The position numbers were made by a program, and so were the translations under genes. Positions 1 through 10,412 of a stretch of DNA of 64,000 nucleotides are shown here, one piece after another. The stretch's first letter is position 1, and each line of letters starts with the position of its first letter. The notes under the pieces were generated by a model. It searched no databases and had not been told where the DNA came from. It worked only from the letters and a program-made list of their open reading frames with translations. This DNA is from Candidatus Krumholzibacteriia bacterium (GTDB lineage Bacteria > Krumholzibacteriota > Krumholzibacteriia > Krumholzibacteriales > Krumholzibacteriaceae): NCBI GenBank assembly GCA_963836185.1, contig CAWIIQ010000002.1, forward strand, positions 192,001 to 256,000. Direction: 5' to 3'.

Positions 1-14
1 TGATTTCTACCGTT

Positions 15-497
15 ATGAAAGAGATAGTCTTCGTATGTACCGGTAACATGTGCCGCAGCCCGATGGCGGAGGGCCTTCTCCGCTTCGCGCTTCCGCCCGG
101 ATGGAGAGATGAGGTGACCGTTTCCTCGGCCGGTACCCACGCATGGGACGGTCAGCCCGCCTCGACTCTGGCAGTGACGGTAATGAAGGAGAAGGGGATC
201 GACATCTCTGGACACAGGGCGCGGCAAGTCACACCCGATATGATCAACAAGGCTTCGCTCGTCGTCGCACTTGCGGGAAACCACCTCGGGTATATGGAGG
301 CGCTGGTCCCGGGGGCCGGTGAATGGATGATCCTGCTCGGATCGCTCGATGCCGAACGCGGGGATAAGGACGTCCGCGATCCGATAGGGGGCAGCCTCGA
401 GGATTACAGGGGCGCGCGAGACGATATCGCCCATCTCATCGTACTCCTGCTGAATTACGTCGGTGAAAGATTTGGACTTCCCGGTGACAGAGACTGA
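15..497 (+). CDS. Low molecular weight protein tyrosine/arginine phosphatase
   Basis: P-loop VCTGNMCRSPMAE and C-terminal DPIG motif. Confidence 0.92.
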   Translation: MKEIVFVCTGNMCRSPMAEGLLRFALPPGWRDEVTVSSAGTHAWDGQPASTLAVTVMKEKGIDISGHRARQVTPDMINKASLVVALAGNHLGYMEALVPGAGEWMILLGSLDAERGDKDVRDPIGGSLEDYRGARDDIAHLIVLLLNYVGERFGLPGDRD

Positions 498-712
498 CCC
501 TGTATATTCTCTTATAAACAAACGTATTACATCGTCTGCCCGGCCTTTTATCCGGTATTCTGGAAATTACTGCGAAAAATGGATTTTTTGGTTGCCCGCC
601 GTGAGGATTTATTCATATAATAAATCGGGTCGTGAACTGGAATCACGGTTCTGATAGGTGATTTTCCCGCGATACACGATCCGTATTCACTGGTTCCAAA
701 AGGAGAATAGAG

Positions 713-1633
713 ATGGGTATTCCGAAGTCCGACAAGATCTGGATGGACGGCAAGTTCGTCGACTGGGATGACGCGAACATTCATGTATGCTCGCATGTCG
801 TACATTACGGCACGTGCCTGTTCGAGGGCATCCGATGTTACAAGACGAGCAAGGGCCCGGCGGTCTTCAGGCTCGAGCCGCATATCAAGAGGCTCTACAA
901 CTCATCGAAGATGTACCGGATGGAACCTGAGATGCCGATGGCTGACTTCATGGAGGCGTGCTTCGAGACGATCAGGGTCAACAAGATGGAGGAATGCTAC
1001 ATCAGGCCGGTCGTCTATCGCGGCTACGACTCTCTGGGCGTCAACCCGTTCCCCAACCCGATAAACATGTTCATCGTCGTGTGGGAATGGGGCAAGTACC
1101 TCGGTCCCGAAGCGCTCGAGCAGGGCGTTGACGTGATGGTCTCGAGCTGGGACCGTATAGCGCCGAACACCCTTCCCGCCCTGGCCAAGAGCGGCGCTAA
1201 CTACATGAACTCGCAGCTGATCAAGATGGAAGCGATCGTAAACGGTTACGTCGAGGGCATAGCGCTCGACGCGGGCGGATACGTCAGCGAGGGCAGCGGC
1301 GAGAATATCTTTCTCGTACAGGACGGCAAGCTGTACACTCCGCCTCTGGGCGCGAGCGTGCTTCCGGGTATCACCCGCAACACGACCATAGAGCTGGCTC
1401 AGGATCTCGGCTACGAGGTCATCGAGAAACTGGTCCCGCGCGAGATGCTCTACACCGCCGACGAGGTCTTCTTCACCGGGACGGCGGCGGAGATCTCGCC
1501 GATCAGAAGCGTCGACAAGATCCAGGTAGGAGAGGGCAGGCGCGGCCCCATCACGAAGGAGCTGCAGGACCTGTTCTTCAAGATGCTCAATGCTGAAGTC
1601 GACAAGTACATGCATTGGCTCGACTTCGTATAG
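713..1633 (+). CDS. ilvE: Branched-chain amino acid aminotransferase
   Basis: HYGTCLFEGIRCY, EGSGENIF, LPGITR and FFTGTAAEI class IV PLP motifs; GGAG RBS. Confidence 0.96.
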   Translation: MGIPKSDKIWMDGKFVDWDDANIHVCSHVVHYGTCLFEGIRCYKTSKGPAVFRLEPHIKRLYNSSKMYRMEPEMPMADFMEACFETIRVNKMEECYIRPVVYRGYDSLGVNPFPNPINMFIVVWEWGKYLGPEALEQGVDVMVSSWDRIAPNTLPALAKSGANYMNSQLIKMEAIVNGYVEGIALDAGGYVSEGSGENIFLVQDGKLYTPPLGASVLPGITRNTTIELAQDLGYEVIEKLVPREMLYTADEVFFTGTAAEISPIRSVDKIQVGEGRRGPITKELQDLFFKMLNAEVDKYMHWLDFV

Positions 1634-1702
1634 TCGAGATTGTAATATCGGCTTTGCGCGGATAGATGAGGACACGTTTTTCCTTCTTGAAAGGATAGTG
1701 TC

Positions 1703-2146
1703 TTGAAGATCGCAATCGGTTCCGATCATCGAGGCTACTCCCTCAAGGAACGGATCAAGAAACTGCTTGCCGGCGACGGTCACGAGATCGTCGATGTCGG
1801 CACGGACAGTGAGGATTCGACGGATTACCCCGATTACGCCATTCCGGTAGCGGAGAAGACCGCAGGCGGGGAGGTTGACCGGGGTATCGTCATATGCGGC
1901 TCGGGTATAGGCATATCGATAGCTGCCAACAAGGTCGACGGCGCGAGGGCGGCCCTCGTCTGGACGGTCGACCAGGCCAGGATGACGAGGCTGCACAACG
2001 ATTCGAATGTACTCGCTCTCGCGGAAGCCATGATGGACAACGAGCAGCTCGATGAGATCGTGCGAGTATGGATCGATACCGGGTTCGAGGGGGGGCGCCA
2101 CCAGAGGCGCGTCGACAAGATCACCGACTACGAAAAAAACAGGTAG
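1703..2146 (+). CDS. rpiB: Ribose-5-phosphate isomerase B
   Basis: [37 protein letters not shown]. Confidence 0.96.
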   Translation: MKIAIGSDHRGYSLKERIKKLLAGDGHEIVDVGTDSEDSTDYPDYAIPVAEKTAGGEVDRGIVICGSGIGISIAANKVDGARAALVWTVDQARMTRLHNDSNVLALAEAMMDNEQLDEIVRVWIDTGFEGGRHQRRVDKITDYEKNR

Positions 2147-2181
2147 AGGCCGGGCGGCAGCCCGGGAGAGGGGCATTGAAG

Positions 2182-3438
2182 ATGCTGTACGACGAGAACC
2201 TGTTCCCATATCTCGAGAAGACAGATCCCGAGATAATGGAGACGATGCGGGGAGAGCTGGCCAGGCAGCAGGGGCAGCTCGAGCTTATAGCGAGCGAGAA
2301 TTTTACGAGCAGGGCCGTCATGGCCGCACTGAGCAACCCGATGCAGAACAAGTATGCCGAAGGGTATCCCCGCAAGCGGTACTACCGCGGTTGCAAGTGG
2401 GTAGACAGGGCGGAGGACATCGCGCGCGACCGTGCGAAGGAGCTCTTCGGAGCCGAGTACGCCAATGTTCAGCCTCACTCGGGTACCCAGGCCAATATCT
2501 CGGCCTACCTCGCTCTTATCAAGCCGGGCGATACGATGATGGGACTGAGCCTTTCGCACGGCGGCCATCTCTCGCACGGCCACCCGGTCAACTTCTCCGG
2601 CATGTTCTACAATGTCGTTCCGTACGAGGTCGATCCGGAAACGAAAGTCCTCAACTATGACAGTATCGAGAAACAGGCGAACGAGGTTAAGCCCAAGCTG
2701 CTCGTCGCCGGCGCGAGCGCATACCCGAGGTTCTGGGACTGGGAACGCCTGCGCGCTATATGCGACGGCGTGGGAGCGATGCTGATGGTCGACATCGCCC
2801 ATATCGCCGGCCTCATAGCGGCGGACGTCCACCCGAGCCCCGTTCCTTTCGCCGACATAGTCACATCGACGACACACAAGACCCTTCGCGGCCCGCGCGG
2901 AGGACTGATACTCTGCCGCGAGCAGTACGCGAAGGATGTCGACAAGTACAACTTCCCCGGCACGCAGGGCGGGCCCTTCATGCACGCCATCGCTGCGAAA
3001 GCTGTCTGCTTCAAGGAAGCGATGTCGGATGAGTTCAAGCAGTACCAGCGGCAGACGGTGGACAACGCGGCCAGGCTCGCCGCGGTGGTGATGGAGAAGG
3101 GGTACGACGTCGTCAGCGGCGGCACCGACAACCATCTCTTCCTCGTCGACCTGACGGCTAAGGGACTTACCGGCAAGGAGGCGGCGAAGGCGCTGCACAA
3201 GGCCGGTATCACGGTAAACAAGAACACAGTCCCGTTTGACAAGCAGAGCCCTTTCGTGACATCGGGGATCCGCGTAGGGACGCCGGCTCTGACGACGCGG
3301 GGGATGAAGGAGCCCGAGATGGACGAGGTCGGAGGCCTGATGGCCGAGGTCCTCGGGGACCTCGAGAACGCCGACGTGATCGAATCGGTAAAGATCAGGG
3401 TGGCGGACCTTACGAAGAGGTTCCCGCTGTACGAATAG
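2182..3438 (+). CDS. glyA: Serine hydroxymethyltransferase
   Basis: [29 protein letters not shown]; start moved to ATG 2182 after rpiB. Confidence 0.97.
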   Translation: MLYDENLFPYLEKTDPEIMETMRGELARQQGQLELIASENFTSRAVMAALSNPMQNKYAEGYPRKRYYRGCKWVDRAEDIARDRAKELFGAEYANVQPHSGTQANISAYLALIKPGDTMMGLSLSHGGHLSHGHPVNFSGMFYNVVPYEVDPETKVLNYDSIEKQANEVKPKLLVAGASAYPRFWDWERLRAICDGVGAMLMVDIAHIAGLIAADVHPSPVPFADIVTSTTHKTLRGPRGGLILCREQYAKDVDKYNFPGTQGGPFMHAIAAKAVCFKEAMSDEFKQYQRQTVDNAARLAAVVMEKGYDVVSGGTDNHLFLVDLTAKGLTGKEAAKALHKAGITVNKNTVPFDKQSPFVTSGIRVGTPALTTRGMKEPEMDEVGGLMAEVLGDLENADVIESVKIRVADLTKRFPLYE

Positions 3439-3450
3439 AGGAGATGCCTG

Positions 3451-3915
3451 GTGAAGAGGCCGACCTGGGACGAGTACTTCATGAAGATCACCCTTCTGGT
3501 GGCGGAGCGGTCCACATGCATGAGGCGCATGGTCGGGGCGATCATCGTGAAGGACAAGAAGATCGTCTCTACCGGTTACAACGGGGCGCCCAAGGGCCTG
3601 AAACACTGCCTCGAGGTCGGCTGCCTGCGCGATGAGATGGGTGTGCCGTCCGGAGAGCGTCATGAACTCTGCCGCGGTGCCCACGCCGAGCAGAACGCGA
3701 TCATCCAGGCGGCGGGAAGCGGCACGAACATGGATGGCGCGACGATGTACTGTACCGATTCACCATGTTCCACCTGCACGAAGATGATCATAAACTCCGG
3801 CATCAGGCGGCTGGTGCTCGGCAAGAAATATCCCGATGAGCTCGGCGAGAAGCTCATCCGCGAATCGGGGATCGAGACGGTCTATCTCGCGCTCGAGGCG
3901 GTATCCGGCAGTTGA
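3451..3915 (+). CDS. dCMP/cytidine deaminase family (ComEB-like)
   Basis: RPTWDEYFM, HAEQNAI and PCxxC zinc motif. Confidence 0.92.
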   Translation: MKRPTWDEYFMKITLLVAERSTCMRRMVGAIIVKDKKIVSTGYNGAPKGLKHCLEVGCLRDEMGVPSGERHELCRGAHAEQNAIIQAAGSGTNMDGATMYCTDSPCSTCTKMIINSGIRRLVLGKKYPDELGEKLIRESGIETVYLALEAVSGS

Positions 3916-3950
3916 TCCGGGGACCGGGAGGCTCAACACGGAGGCGGATA

Positions 3951-4409
3951 ATGCGCTGCCCCTCCTGCGGACACGAGGAAGACAAGGTCGTCGACAGCAG
4001 GTCGACGAAGGAGAACTCCGCGGTGCGAAGGCGCCGCGAATGCCTTTCCTGCGGACATCGATTCACCACTTACGAGTATGTCGAGCTCAGGCCCTTCATG
4101 GTCGTCAAAAAGGACGGCCGCAGGGAACACTACTCGCGTGAGAAGATCCTCAGCGGACTCCTGAGGGCGTGCGAGAAACGTCCCGTTTCAATGGAGACGC
4201 TGGAGAAACTTGTCGACGAGGTGGAGAAGTCCGTTTCGGCCAACGTTCGTGACGAGGTCCCGACCACAGAGATCGGAAACGAAGTGATGAAGCGCCTCGC
4301 CAGACTCGACCAGGTCGCCTATGTCAGGTTCGCCTCTGTCTATCGCGACTTCAAGGACGTCCAGCAGTTCCTCATGGAACTGCGCGGACTGCTGGAGAGC
4401 GGTGACTAG
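3951..4409 (+). CDS. nrdR: Transcriptional repressor NrdR
   Basis: MRCPSCG...RRRRECLSCGHRFTTYE zinc ribbon, ATP cone and VAYVRFASVY; GGAGG RBS before 3951. Confidence 0.97.
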   Translation: MRCPSCGHEEDKVVDSRSTKENSAVRRRRECLSCGHRFTTYEYVELRPFMVVKKDGRREHYSREKILSGLLRACEKRPVSMETLEKLVDEVEKSVSANVRDEVPTTEIGNEVMKRLARLDQVAYVRFASVYRDFKDVQQFLMELRGLLESGD

Positions 4410-4527
4410 GCTGCCGGAGCGTAGCGATGCGATTGCCGCTTTCCCATTCGAATCGAATCATGTAGATTATCTCTGTACAAGTACGTAATGGGACCCCCCC
4501 CCGATCTATCCTGGAGGTGCACAGGAC

Positions 4528-5382
4528 ATGACCAGAACAGTTTCTCGCTCCACTGTCTGTCTATTGCTGTTTTCGATCTTTATCGTTCCTGCTGTTTCCG
4601 GCCTGATATCGTCCGCGACGGCGCAGGAGGGAGAGCTGGTGACTCTCCGCTTCGCTCCAGAAGAGGGCAGGTTGTTCAAGTACAAGGGGGATTCCCGGAC
4701 CCAGAGATACTTCGGTGCGTTCAGTTTCGAGACGATCACGGGGCAGGAGCTCGAGATGTCGCTTCTCGAATTGCTGGAAAACGAGAATTTCAGGATGTCG
4801 GTGACCTTCACGAAATCGTCGACCAAGATGATGAGGATGGGTGACCTGATCGAGCAGGAACCGCGTATCAAACCCGAGGGCAGGACGGTCAAGGTGGAAG
4901 TCAGCCCGAAGGGCGAGGTCGTAGAAGCGCTAGGATTTATAATGGGCGTCAAAAAGGGCCGTCCTCTCGATACCTATATGGAGAAGTGGTTTTTCGAGCT
5001 GCCCGAGGAACCGGTCGGCAAGGGATCGACCTGGACCGTTCCGATAGATGAGGAGACACCGGGCGAGGGTGGCGAGGTCTATTCGGTCAAGGGAGCGGCA
5101 GAGTTCGAACTGAAGAAGATCGAAAAAAAGAACGGCATAATGGCCGCCGAGATAGAGGTAAAGGCCGAAGTGGAGATCCATTCGGACGGTGCGATGGGAA
5201 TGTTCGACGCTACTGCCAAGTCGAAAAAGAAGGTATACATAGCCATCGATGGCGGATATATCATCGAGGCGGATTCGAGTAACGAGGTCAAGGGCAAGAT
5301 GATCAGCGCGGACGCTAACGGCAAGGAGACCGAGAACGACGTCACCATGGTCGAGTCCGACAAGATAAAGCTGGAGAAGTAG
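4528..5382 (+). CDS. Exported hypothetical protein (beta-rich)
   Basis: Signal peptide ending ATA-Q, GGAGG RBS, host-like codon usage. Confidence 0.75.
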   Translation: MTRTVSRSTVCLLLFSIFIVPAVSGLISSATAQEGELVTLRFAPEEGRLFKYKGDSRTQRYFGAFSFETITGQELEMSLLELLENENFRMSVTFTKSSTKMMRMGDLIEQEPRIKPEGRTVKVEVSPKGEVVEALGFIMGVKKGRPLDTYMEKWFFELPEEPVGKGSTWTVPIDEETPGEGGEVYSVKGAAEFELKKIEKKNGIMAAEIEVKAEVEIHSDGAMGMFDATAKSKKKVYIAIDGGYIIEADSSNEVKGKMISADANGKETENDVTMVESDKIKLEK

Positions 5383-5404
5383 GCCGTCCGGCCGGGGAGG
5401 CGCG

Positions 5405-6172
5405 TTGTCCGAAAATGGAGAGAAACTCAGGGAGATGGGATTTCTCGATCATCTCCTTGAATTGCGGGCGACTATCATATGGATCCTGTCCGTTTGGCTT
5501 GGTTCCTCGATCATACTCTGGTTTTTCTCCGGCTATCTGCTCGAGTTTATTCTCTCGACCATTCCGGTCGAGAGCCTATATTTCAACGCTCCGATAGAAG
5601 CTTTTATGGTGAGGCTCAAGCTGAGTTTCATCACGGGGGCGCTTATTGCATTCCCGTTCGCTCTTTTCAAGCTCTGGTCCTTCATCTCGCCCGGTCTCTT
5701 TTCCCGCGAAAAACGGGTCATTATCCCGATGATCGCTCCATCGGCGATCCTCTTCTATACCGGAGCGCTGTTTGCCTACTGGGTGATGGTGCCGATCGTC
5801 CTGGGATTCCTTCTAAAGTTCGGGACCGACACGCTCGAGCCGCTCATATCGGTATCGAAGTACTTCGAGTTCGTTGCCCGGCTCTGCTTCGCCTTCGGGG
5901 TGGTCTTCCAGCTTCCACTGGCTATAATCTTCCTCACCTGGATCGGTGTCGTGTCGCCGAGGACGTTGCTTCGCAAGTGGCGCTACGCGATCGTGATCAT
6001 CTTCATCACGGGCGCCGTGCTTACACCTCCCGATCCGGCGTCGCAGCTGCTGATGGCGGTCCCGCTGGTGTTTCTCTTCATGGGAAGCGTCCTGCTCTCG
6101 CTCATATTCGAGAAGAAGAGGAAGCAGCGGGAAGAGGAGCGTGAGGCGGAGGAAGAGGGCGAGGAGGAATGA
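5405..6172 (+). CDS. tatC: Twin-arginine translocase subunit TatC
   Basis: FLDHLLELR, FISPGLFSREKR, FGVVFQLP, LTPPDPASQ. Confidence 0.96.
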   Translation: MSENGEKLREMGFLDHLLELRATIIWILSVWLGSSIILWFFSGYLLEFILSTIPVESLYFNAPIEAFMVRLKLSFITGALIAFPFALFKLWSFISPGLFSREKRVIIPMIAPSAILFYTGALFAYWVMVPIVLGFLLKFGTDTLEPLISVSKYFEFVARLCFAFGVVFQLPLAIIFLTWIGVVSPRTLLRKWRYAIVIIFITGAVLTPPDPASQLLMAVPLVFLFMGSVLLSLIFEKKRKQREEEREAEEEGEEE

Positions 6173-7149
6173 GACTCGCATCAGGGAAGACGATGAAGTC
6201 TCTCGGGATAGTGGCGCTCCTCGCGGCCGTTTTTCTTCTTCTGCTCTTTCTCGACAGGTTCAAATTTGAATCCAGGACATTATTCATGTATGCCGTGCGG
6301 AATTTCGGCCATCTCCCGCTGTTCGGCGCTATCGCTGTTATCCTGTTTTGGATATTGCAGTTATCAGTGGGGCATCGTTTAGGCGCACTGCCCTGTTATC
6401 TTTTTGCCTGGCTCGGGGCCGTCGGTCTTGGCGCTGTTTCGGAATACCTTCAGATATCCACCGGACGTAACGCGGACCTGATGGACTGGGCCTATGATAT
6501 CGCCGGGGCGACCTCGTTTCTCGCCCTCTACTATTCTGTCGATCCCCGGATACCGGAAGGGTGGAAGCCGTCGCGGGATAAGTACAGAACGCCGGTCCGT
6601 ATCGCGGCTCTTCTGATAATACTGGGAGCCGGGATCCCGATGATCACGGGAGCCGCAGCAAGCAGGCTTCACAGAAGTTCGTTCCCGGAGATGCATTCCT
6701 TCGAAAACCGTCTTGAGAAGATGTTCATCAAAACGCCATACGCTGAGCTGGAATTTACCGATCCTCCGGACGAATGGTCTGGCCACGGCTCGCGGGTCGC
6801 CAGGGTCACGTTCCTGCCGGCGAAGTATCCGGGCCTGGCCTTTATCGGGCCCTGGCCCGACTGGCGCGATTATCAGACGCTGACATTCGATGTATTCTCG
6901 CTGGCCGCATCTCCGGTATCCCTTAACCTGATGATCAAGGATAACGAGACCGCGAGTTTTAACGACAGATATAACGGTGAACTGCGGATCCTTCCGGGGC
7001 TGAATGAGATCAGGATACTTCTTTCGGAGATAGAGAACGCCCCGGCAGACAGAAAGCTCGACCTCTCGTCGGTCCATGCGGTCCACCTGTTTCTCATCGA
7101 ACCACAGCAGCCGCTGATCCTCTATATCGACGATCTGTTCCTGGAGTGA
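6169..7149 (+). CDS. VanZ-like membrane protein with C-terminal carbohydrate-binding-like domain
   Basis: GHLPLFG and SEYLQISTGRNADLMD VanZ-type motifs; DWRDYQTLTFDV...LYIDDLFL beta-sandwich. Confidence 0.7.
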   Translation: MRLASGKTMKSLGIVALLAAVFLLLLFLDRFKFESRTLFMYAVRNFGHLPLFGAIAVILFWILQLSVGHRLGALPCYLFAWLGAVGLGAVSEYLQISTGRNADLMDWAYDIAGATSFLALYYSVDPRIPEGWKPSRDKYRTPVRIAALLIILGAGIPMITGAAASRLHRSSFPEMHSFENRLEKMFIKTPYAELEFTDPPDEWSGHGSRVARVTFLPAKYPGLAFIGPWPDWRDYQTLTFDVFSLAASPVSLNLMIKDNETASFNDRYNGELRILPGLNEIRILLSEIENAPADRKLDLSSVHAVHLFLIEPQQPLILYIDDLFLE

Positions 7150-7164
7150 GCTGTTCCCGGACGA

Positions 7165-8154
7165 CTATCCCGCGTACCCGGCCCAGTCACGTTCAATCGC
7201 GTGAGGAAGCTGCCGGATATGCTCGGTCGCCGCGTGCTTCGAGTCGAAATCACGGTAAGCGCGATCGATCTGCTCGGTCGTGAGTCCCAACTCTTCAGCT
7301 ACAGCATTGATATCCAGCTTGTATTCCCATGCGTAAAGAAGAGGGTCGAGGATGTCGAAAGGCAGGCAGAAATAGAAATCCTTGTCCGATACGGCAAGGC
7401 TGAAGGTGTCCGGGCTGGGGGTCCGGTCCATGATTTCTCTGGGAGACCCGAAGAAGTCGCCGAGCTGGTACATCTGTGTTTTGTAAAGATGTGACACGCA
7501 CTCGAAATCGGTTCCGCCATCGCCGAACTTGCAGAAATCACCGAGCAGGAACTCGGTCTTGTTTGTCGTCCCGGCTACCATATAGTTCATCTGCTCTCCC
7601 CGGAAATACAGGGCGATCATTCGTGAGCGGATCTTTACGTTGGCCGCTGCTGTGATGGCCAGGAACTGTTTCTTCGCCAGGCGTTTTTCCGCCTTGTCGC
7701 CTTTGCCGTTATCGATACGAAGCGTATAAAAATTGTAGCGGTCGACCTCGAGGAGGTTCTGTGGAAGGCTTATATTAAACTTGTAGCTTTCGTCGTACTG
7801 CGGGAAGATCGACTTGATGATCTCATCTCTCGTACTGTAGGAACCGAAGCTGTCTACAGCGCCGGTCAGGTCCATCGTCTCATGCTGGATGCCGAGATCG
7901 TCGATGACCATCCGGGCGAATTTTGCCGAATCGGGGCTTGAATCCTTTTCGGGAAGTATCATGCCGTAGACCTTGTCTTTTCCCACAGCTGCCACGGCCA
8001 GCGCGGCGACTACGGCGGAATCGATGCCCCCGCTGACGCCGACGATGATCCCGTCCCTTTTAGGCGTTCCTTTCGTCTGTGCCGACATGAACTCCTGAAC
8101 GATGGCGGCCTCGTGCTTAGTATCGATTTTGAGGATATCCCTGATCGGTTTCAT
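7165..8154 (-). CDS. nadE: NH3-dependent NAD+ synthetase-like protein (ACP-cluster subfamily)
   Basis: SGGIDSAV PP-loop, NVKIRSRM, GTTNKTE, KFGDGG, LYKTQ; AAAGGA RBS before ATG 8154. Confidence 0.85.
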   Translation of the reverse strand: MKPIRDILKIDTKHEAAIVQEFMSAQTKGTPKRDGIIVGVSGGIDSAVVAALAVAAVGKDKVYGMILPEKDSSPDSAKFARMVIDDLGIQHETMDLTGAVDSFGSYSTRDEIIKSIFPQYDESYKFNISLPQNLLEVDRYNFYTLRIDNGKGDKAEKRLAKKQFLAITAAANVKIRSRMIALYFRGEQMNYMVAGTTNKTEFLLGDFCKFGDGGTDFECVSHLYKTQMYQLGDFFGSPREIMDRTPSPDTFSLAVSDKDFYFCLPFDILDPLLYAWEYKLDINAVAEELGLTTEQIDRAYRDFDSKHAATEHIRQLPHAIERDWAGYAG

Positions 8155-8176
8155 CAAAAGTCCTTTCTTCTTTCTG

Positions 8177-9727
8177 TCAACATTCACTTTTCAGTTTTTT
8201 CTTGTCGAGCTTGCCGGATTTCGTCTTGGGCAGCGACTGGGCAAATTCTATTATCTTGGGTATTTTATGTGTGGCGAGCCGTGCGCGGCAGAAATCCGAG
8301 ATATCCCTGGCGTCGGCATCGCACCCTTTCTTGTTGACGATCACGGCTTTTATCGCCTCTCCCAGCAGGGGATCATCGACTCCGAATACGGCGACTTCCA
8401 GGATCCCTTCGTCTTCGAGAATGCACTCCTCGACTTCCTTGACGCTTACTCGGTTGCCGCCCGTCTTGATGATCTCTTTCATGCGGCCAGTGACGAAGAT
8501 ATATCCGTCTTCGTCTTTCTTGGCCAGGTCGCCGGTGAAAAGGCGCCCGCCCCTGAGGACCTGGCGCTCTTCGTCCTCGTGGTTCCAGTAGCCCAGCATG
8601 ACATTGGGGCCGTCGACCACGATCTCGCCTTCCACGCCGGGAGGCAGTTCGTTCCCGTCTTCGTCACAGACCAGCACCGTTACTCCCGGAACGGGGATGC
8701 CGATCGATCCGAGCTTCTTCTCGAGCATGTCCGGGGGAAGCCAGGTTACGCGCGGAGCGGCCTCGGTCTGCCCGTACATTATGAAGATCTCTTTAGTCGG
8801 GAAGGCGTCGATGAGCTGCCTGACAACCTCCGGTGCCATCGCGCCGCCGGCCTGCGTGAAATATCTCAGCGACTTCAACTCACGTTTAGCAAAAGTCGAT
8901 TTGCCCATCAGGATCATGAAGTTCGAGGGAACTCCCGAGAAGCCCGTCACATTCTCGCTCTCCATCGTATCGAGTACTGCTTCCGGGTAGAGGAAGCGGT
9001 TATCGATCACTGTCCTGCCGCCGCAGCCGATGTGTGTGAGAAGCAGGGAATTGCCGTAGATGTAATAGAAGGGCAGGATGACCATTATGGCGTCTTCTTT
9101 TTCCAGCCTCAGGTACTCGATCGTCGCGATCGTATTGCTTACGAGGTTGCGGTGCGACAGCATGACGCCCTTCGGTTTGCCGGTGCTGCCAGAGGTATAA
9201 AAGATTGCGGCCAGGCTGTCTTCATCTGTTGTGCCTGCGGCAGTCCCGGAACATGTATCCGGCACCGCATCTTCCGTCAAGGTCACGACGGGCTCGACCA
9301 CCAGGTCATCACGGCCGGTACCGATCTTCTTGTTCGAAAAGACATGCTCGACGGGGGAGTTTCCGGCTACCAGTTCGGGAAGGATCCTGCGGTACCTCGA
9401 GTCGACCAGGAGGGCCTTGGCGTTACAATCCGCCAGGACGAATCTCAGGCTGTCCGCTCCGAGCGAAGTGTCAAGAGGTACAACCACGAATCCGGCCTTG
9501 AATACGGCAAAAAACGCGATGACGTATTCGATTGAATTTTCGAAGAGCACTCCGACCGGTGATCCCGCAGGGAGCGGGAGTTTTCCGAGATGGTCGGCCA
9601 GATGGCACGATGACCGGTAAAGCTGGTCGAAGGTCGTGTGTTTTCCGTCGTGCGATACTGCCGTCCTGTCGGCAAACAGTTTCACGCTTTCAGATAGCAA
9701 TTCAAATACAGTCATAATCCTGCTCAC
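8177..9727 (-). CDS. Class I adenylate-forming enzyme (acyl-CoA/acyl-ACP ligase)
   Basis: YTSGSTGKPKGV, MYGQTEA, FTGDLA, LPKTKSGK. Confidence 0.93.
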   Translation of the reverse strand: MSRIMTVFELLSESVKLFADRTAVSHDGKHTTFDQLYRSSCHLADHLGKLPLPAGSPVGVLFENSIEYVIAFFAVFKAGFVVVPLDTSLGADSLRFVLADCNAKALLVDSRYRRILPELVAGNSPVEHVFSNKKIGTGRDDLVVEPVVTLTEDAVPDTCSGTAAGTTDEDSLAAIFYTSGSTGKPKGVMLSHRNLVSNTIATIEYLRLEKEDAIMVILPFYYIYGNSLLLTHIGCGGRTVIDNRFLYPEAVLDTMESENVTGFSGVPSNFMILMGKSTFAKRELKSLRYFTQAGGAMAPEVVRQLIDAFPTKEIFIMYGQTEAAPRVTWLPPDMLEKKLGSIGIPVPGVTVLVCDEDGNELPPGVEGEIVVDGPNVMLGYWNHEDEERQVLRGGRLFTGDLAKKDEDGYIFVTGRMKEIIKTGGNRVSVKEVEECILEDEGILEVAVFGVDDPLLGEAIKAVIVNKKGCDADARDISDFCRARLATHKIPKIIEFAQSLPKTKSGKLDKKKLKSEC

Positions 9728-9761
9728 GTTCTTTTGTATGGATGGTCGGCTTAAGCCGCGG

Positions 9762-10025
9762 TCAGCCGAGTTTCCCTGATATGAAGACCACGAGGTTGTC
9801 TATTGAATCAAGATTAGCCGGAGTCATCTCGTCATCTTCAATAGTAAAGCCGTACTGTTCCTCGATAAAGGCGACCAGTTCCAGTACACCGGTGGAATCG
9901 ATTATGCCTTCCTGCATGAACGAATCGGAATCTCCGGGACATTCTTTTTCATCGCCCATCAGGAATAGTTCGATGATGAAGTCCTTGAGCTCCTTGCGAA
10001 TAGTATCCTGCTGTGTCATAGCCAA
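9762..10025 (-). CDS. Acyl carrier protein
   Basis: Acidic 87-aa protein with GIIDSTGVLEL phosphopantetheine Ser motif. Confidence 0.92.
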   Translation of the reverse strand: MAMTQQDTIRKELKDFIIELFLMGDEKECPGDSDSFMQEGIIDSTGVLELVAFIEEQYGFTIEDDEMTPANLDSIDNLVVFISGKLG

Positions 10026-10163
10026 TATCTTACCTCTGCTTCTCGAGTGCTCTTATTGCCTTCAAACTCTTCCATTAAACTTATAGGCACAAAACCTGCC
10101 CTTGTCTATAAGTTTACCGGCTGCCGGTCCTGGCCCGGACAACCCGGTGTAAACAGGCTAAAT

Positions 10164-10178
10164 GCACACTGCGTGCCA
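10164..10178 (-). promoter_or_regulatory. Putative sigma54 -24/-12 promoter of the ACP operon
   Basis: Minus strand TGGCACGCAGTGTGC (GG-N10-GC), ~140 bp upstream of ACP. Confidence 0.65.
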
Positions 10179-10303
10179 AGATTAAGAAATATTATTGGTC
10201 TTTTATCAGAATGAGGTGGAACAGTTTTCGGGTATAATGGCGAAGCTTCGCTGATGGTTCAGGCGGGGTGATTCCGTCATGCTGTTGCTTCAGCCCCGGA
10301 ATC

Positions 10304-10333
10304 TTGACAATACAGGACATCTTATGATAGATT
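10304..10333 (+). promoter_or_regulatory. Putative sigma70 promoter
   Basis: TTGACA-18-TAGATT with TG extension, upstream of 10413. Confidence 0.5.
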
Positions 10334-10412
10334 CCGGTCATCCGGGGCTGGCCGTCCCGGATAATACTTTTTCCGGCGCAAACGGAGAAAGGAAACCGGG
10401 TCACACACTTCT

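Noticed and set aside
498-712. Possible T-box or attenuator upstream of ilvE
   Set aside because: No T-box consensus, leader peptide or convincing terminator seen
902-3684. Long minus-strand ORFs (435, 518 and 300 aa) opposite ilvE, rpiB and glyA
   Set aside because: Antisense shadows of GC3-biased genes with no motifs. The same applies to 8102-9535, 13334-14335, 26529-27671 and 59846-60937.
10085-10099. Plus-strand AGGCACAAAACCTGC sigma54-like site
   Set aside because: Over 300 bp from the next plus-strand gene, which has a closer sigma70 promoter; not supportable
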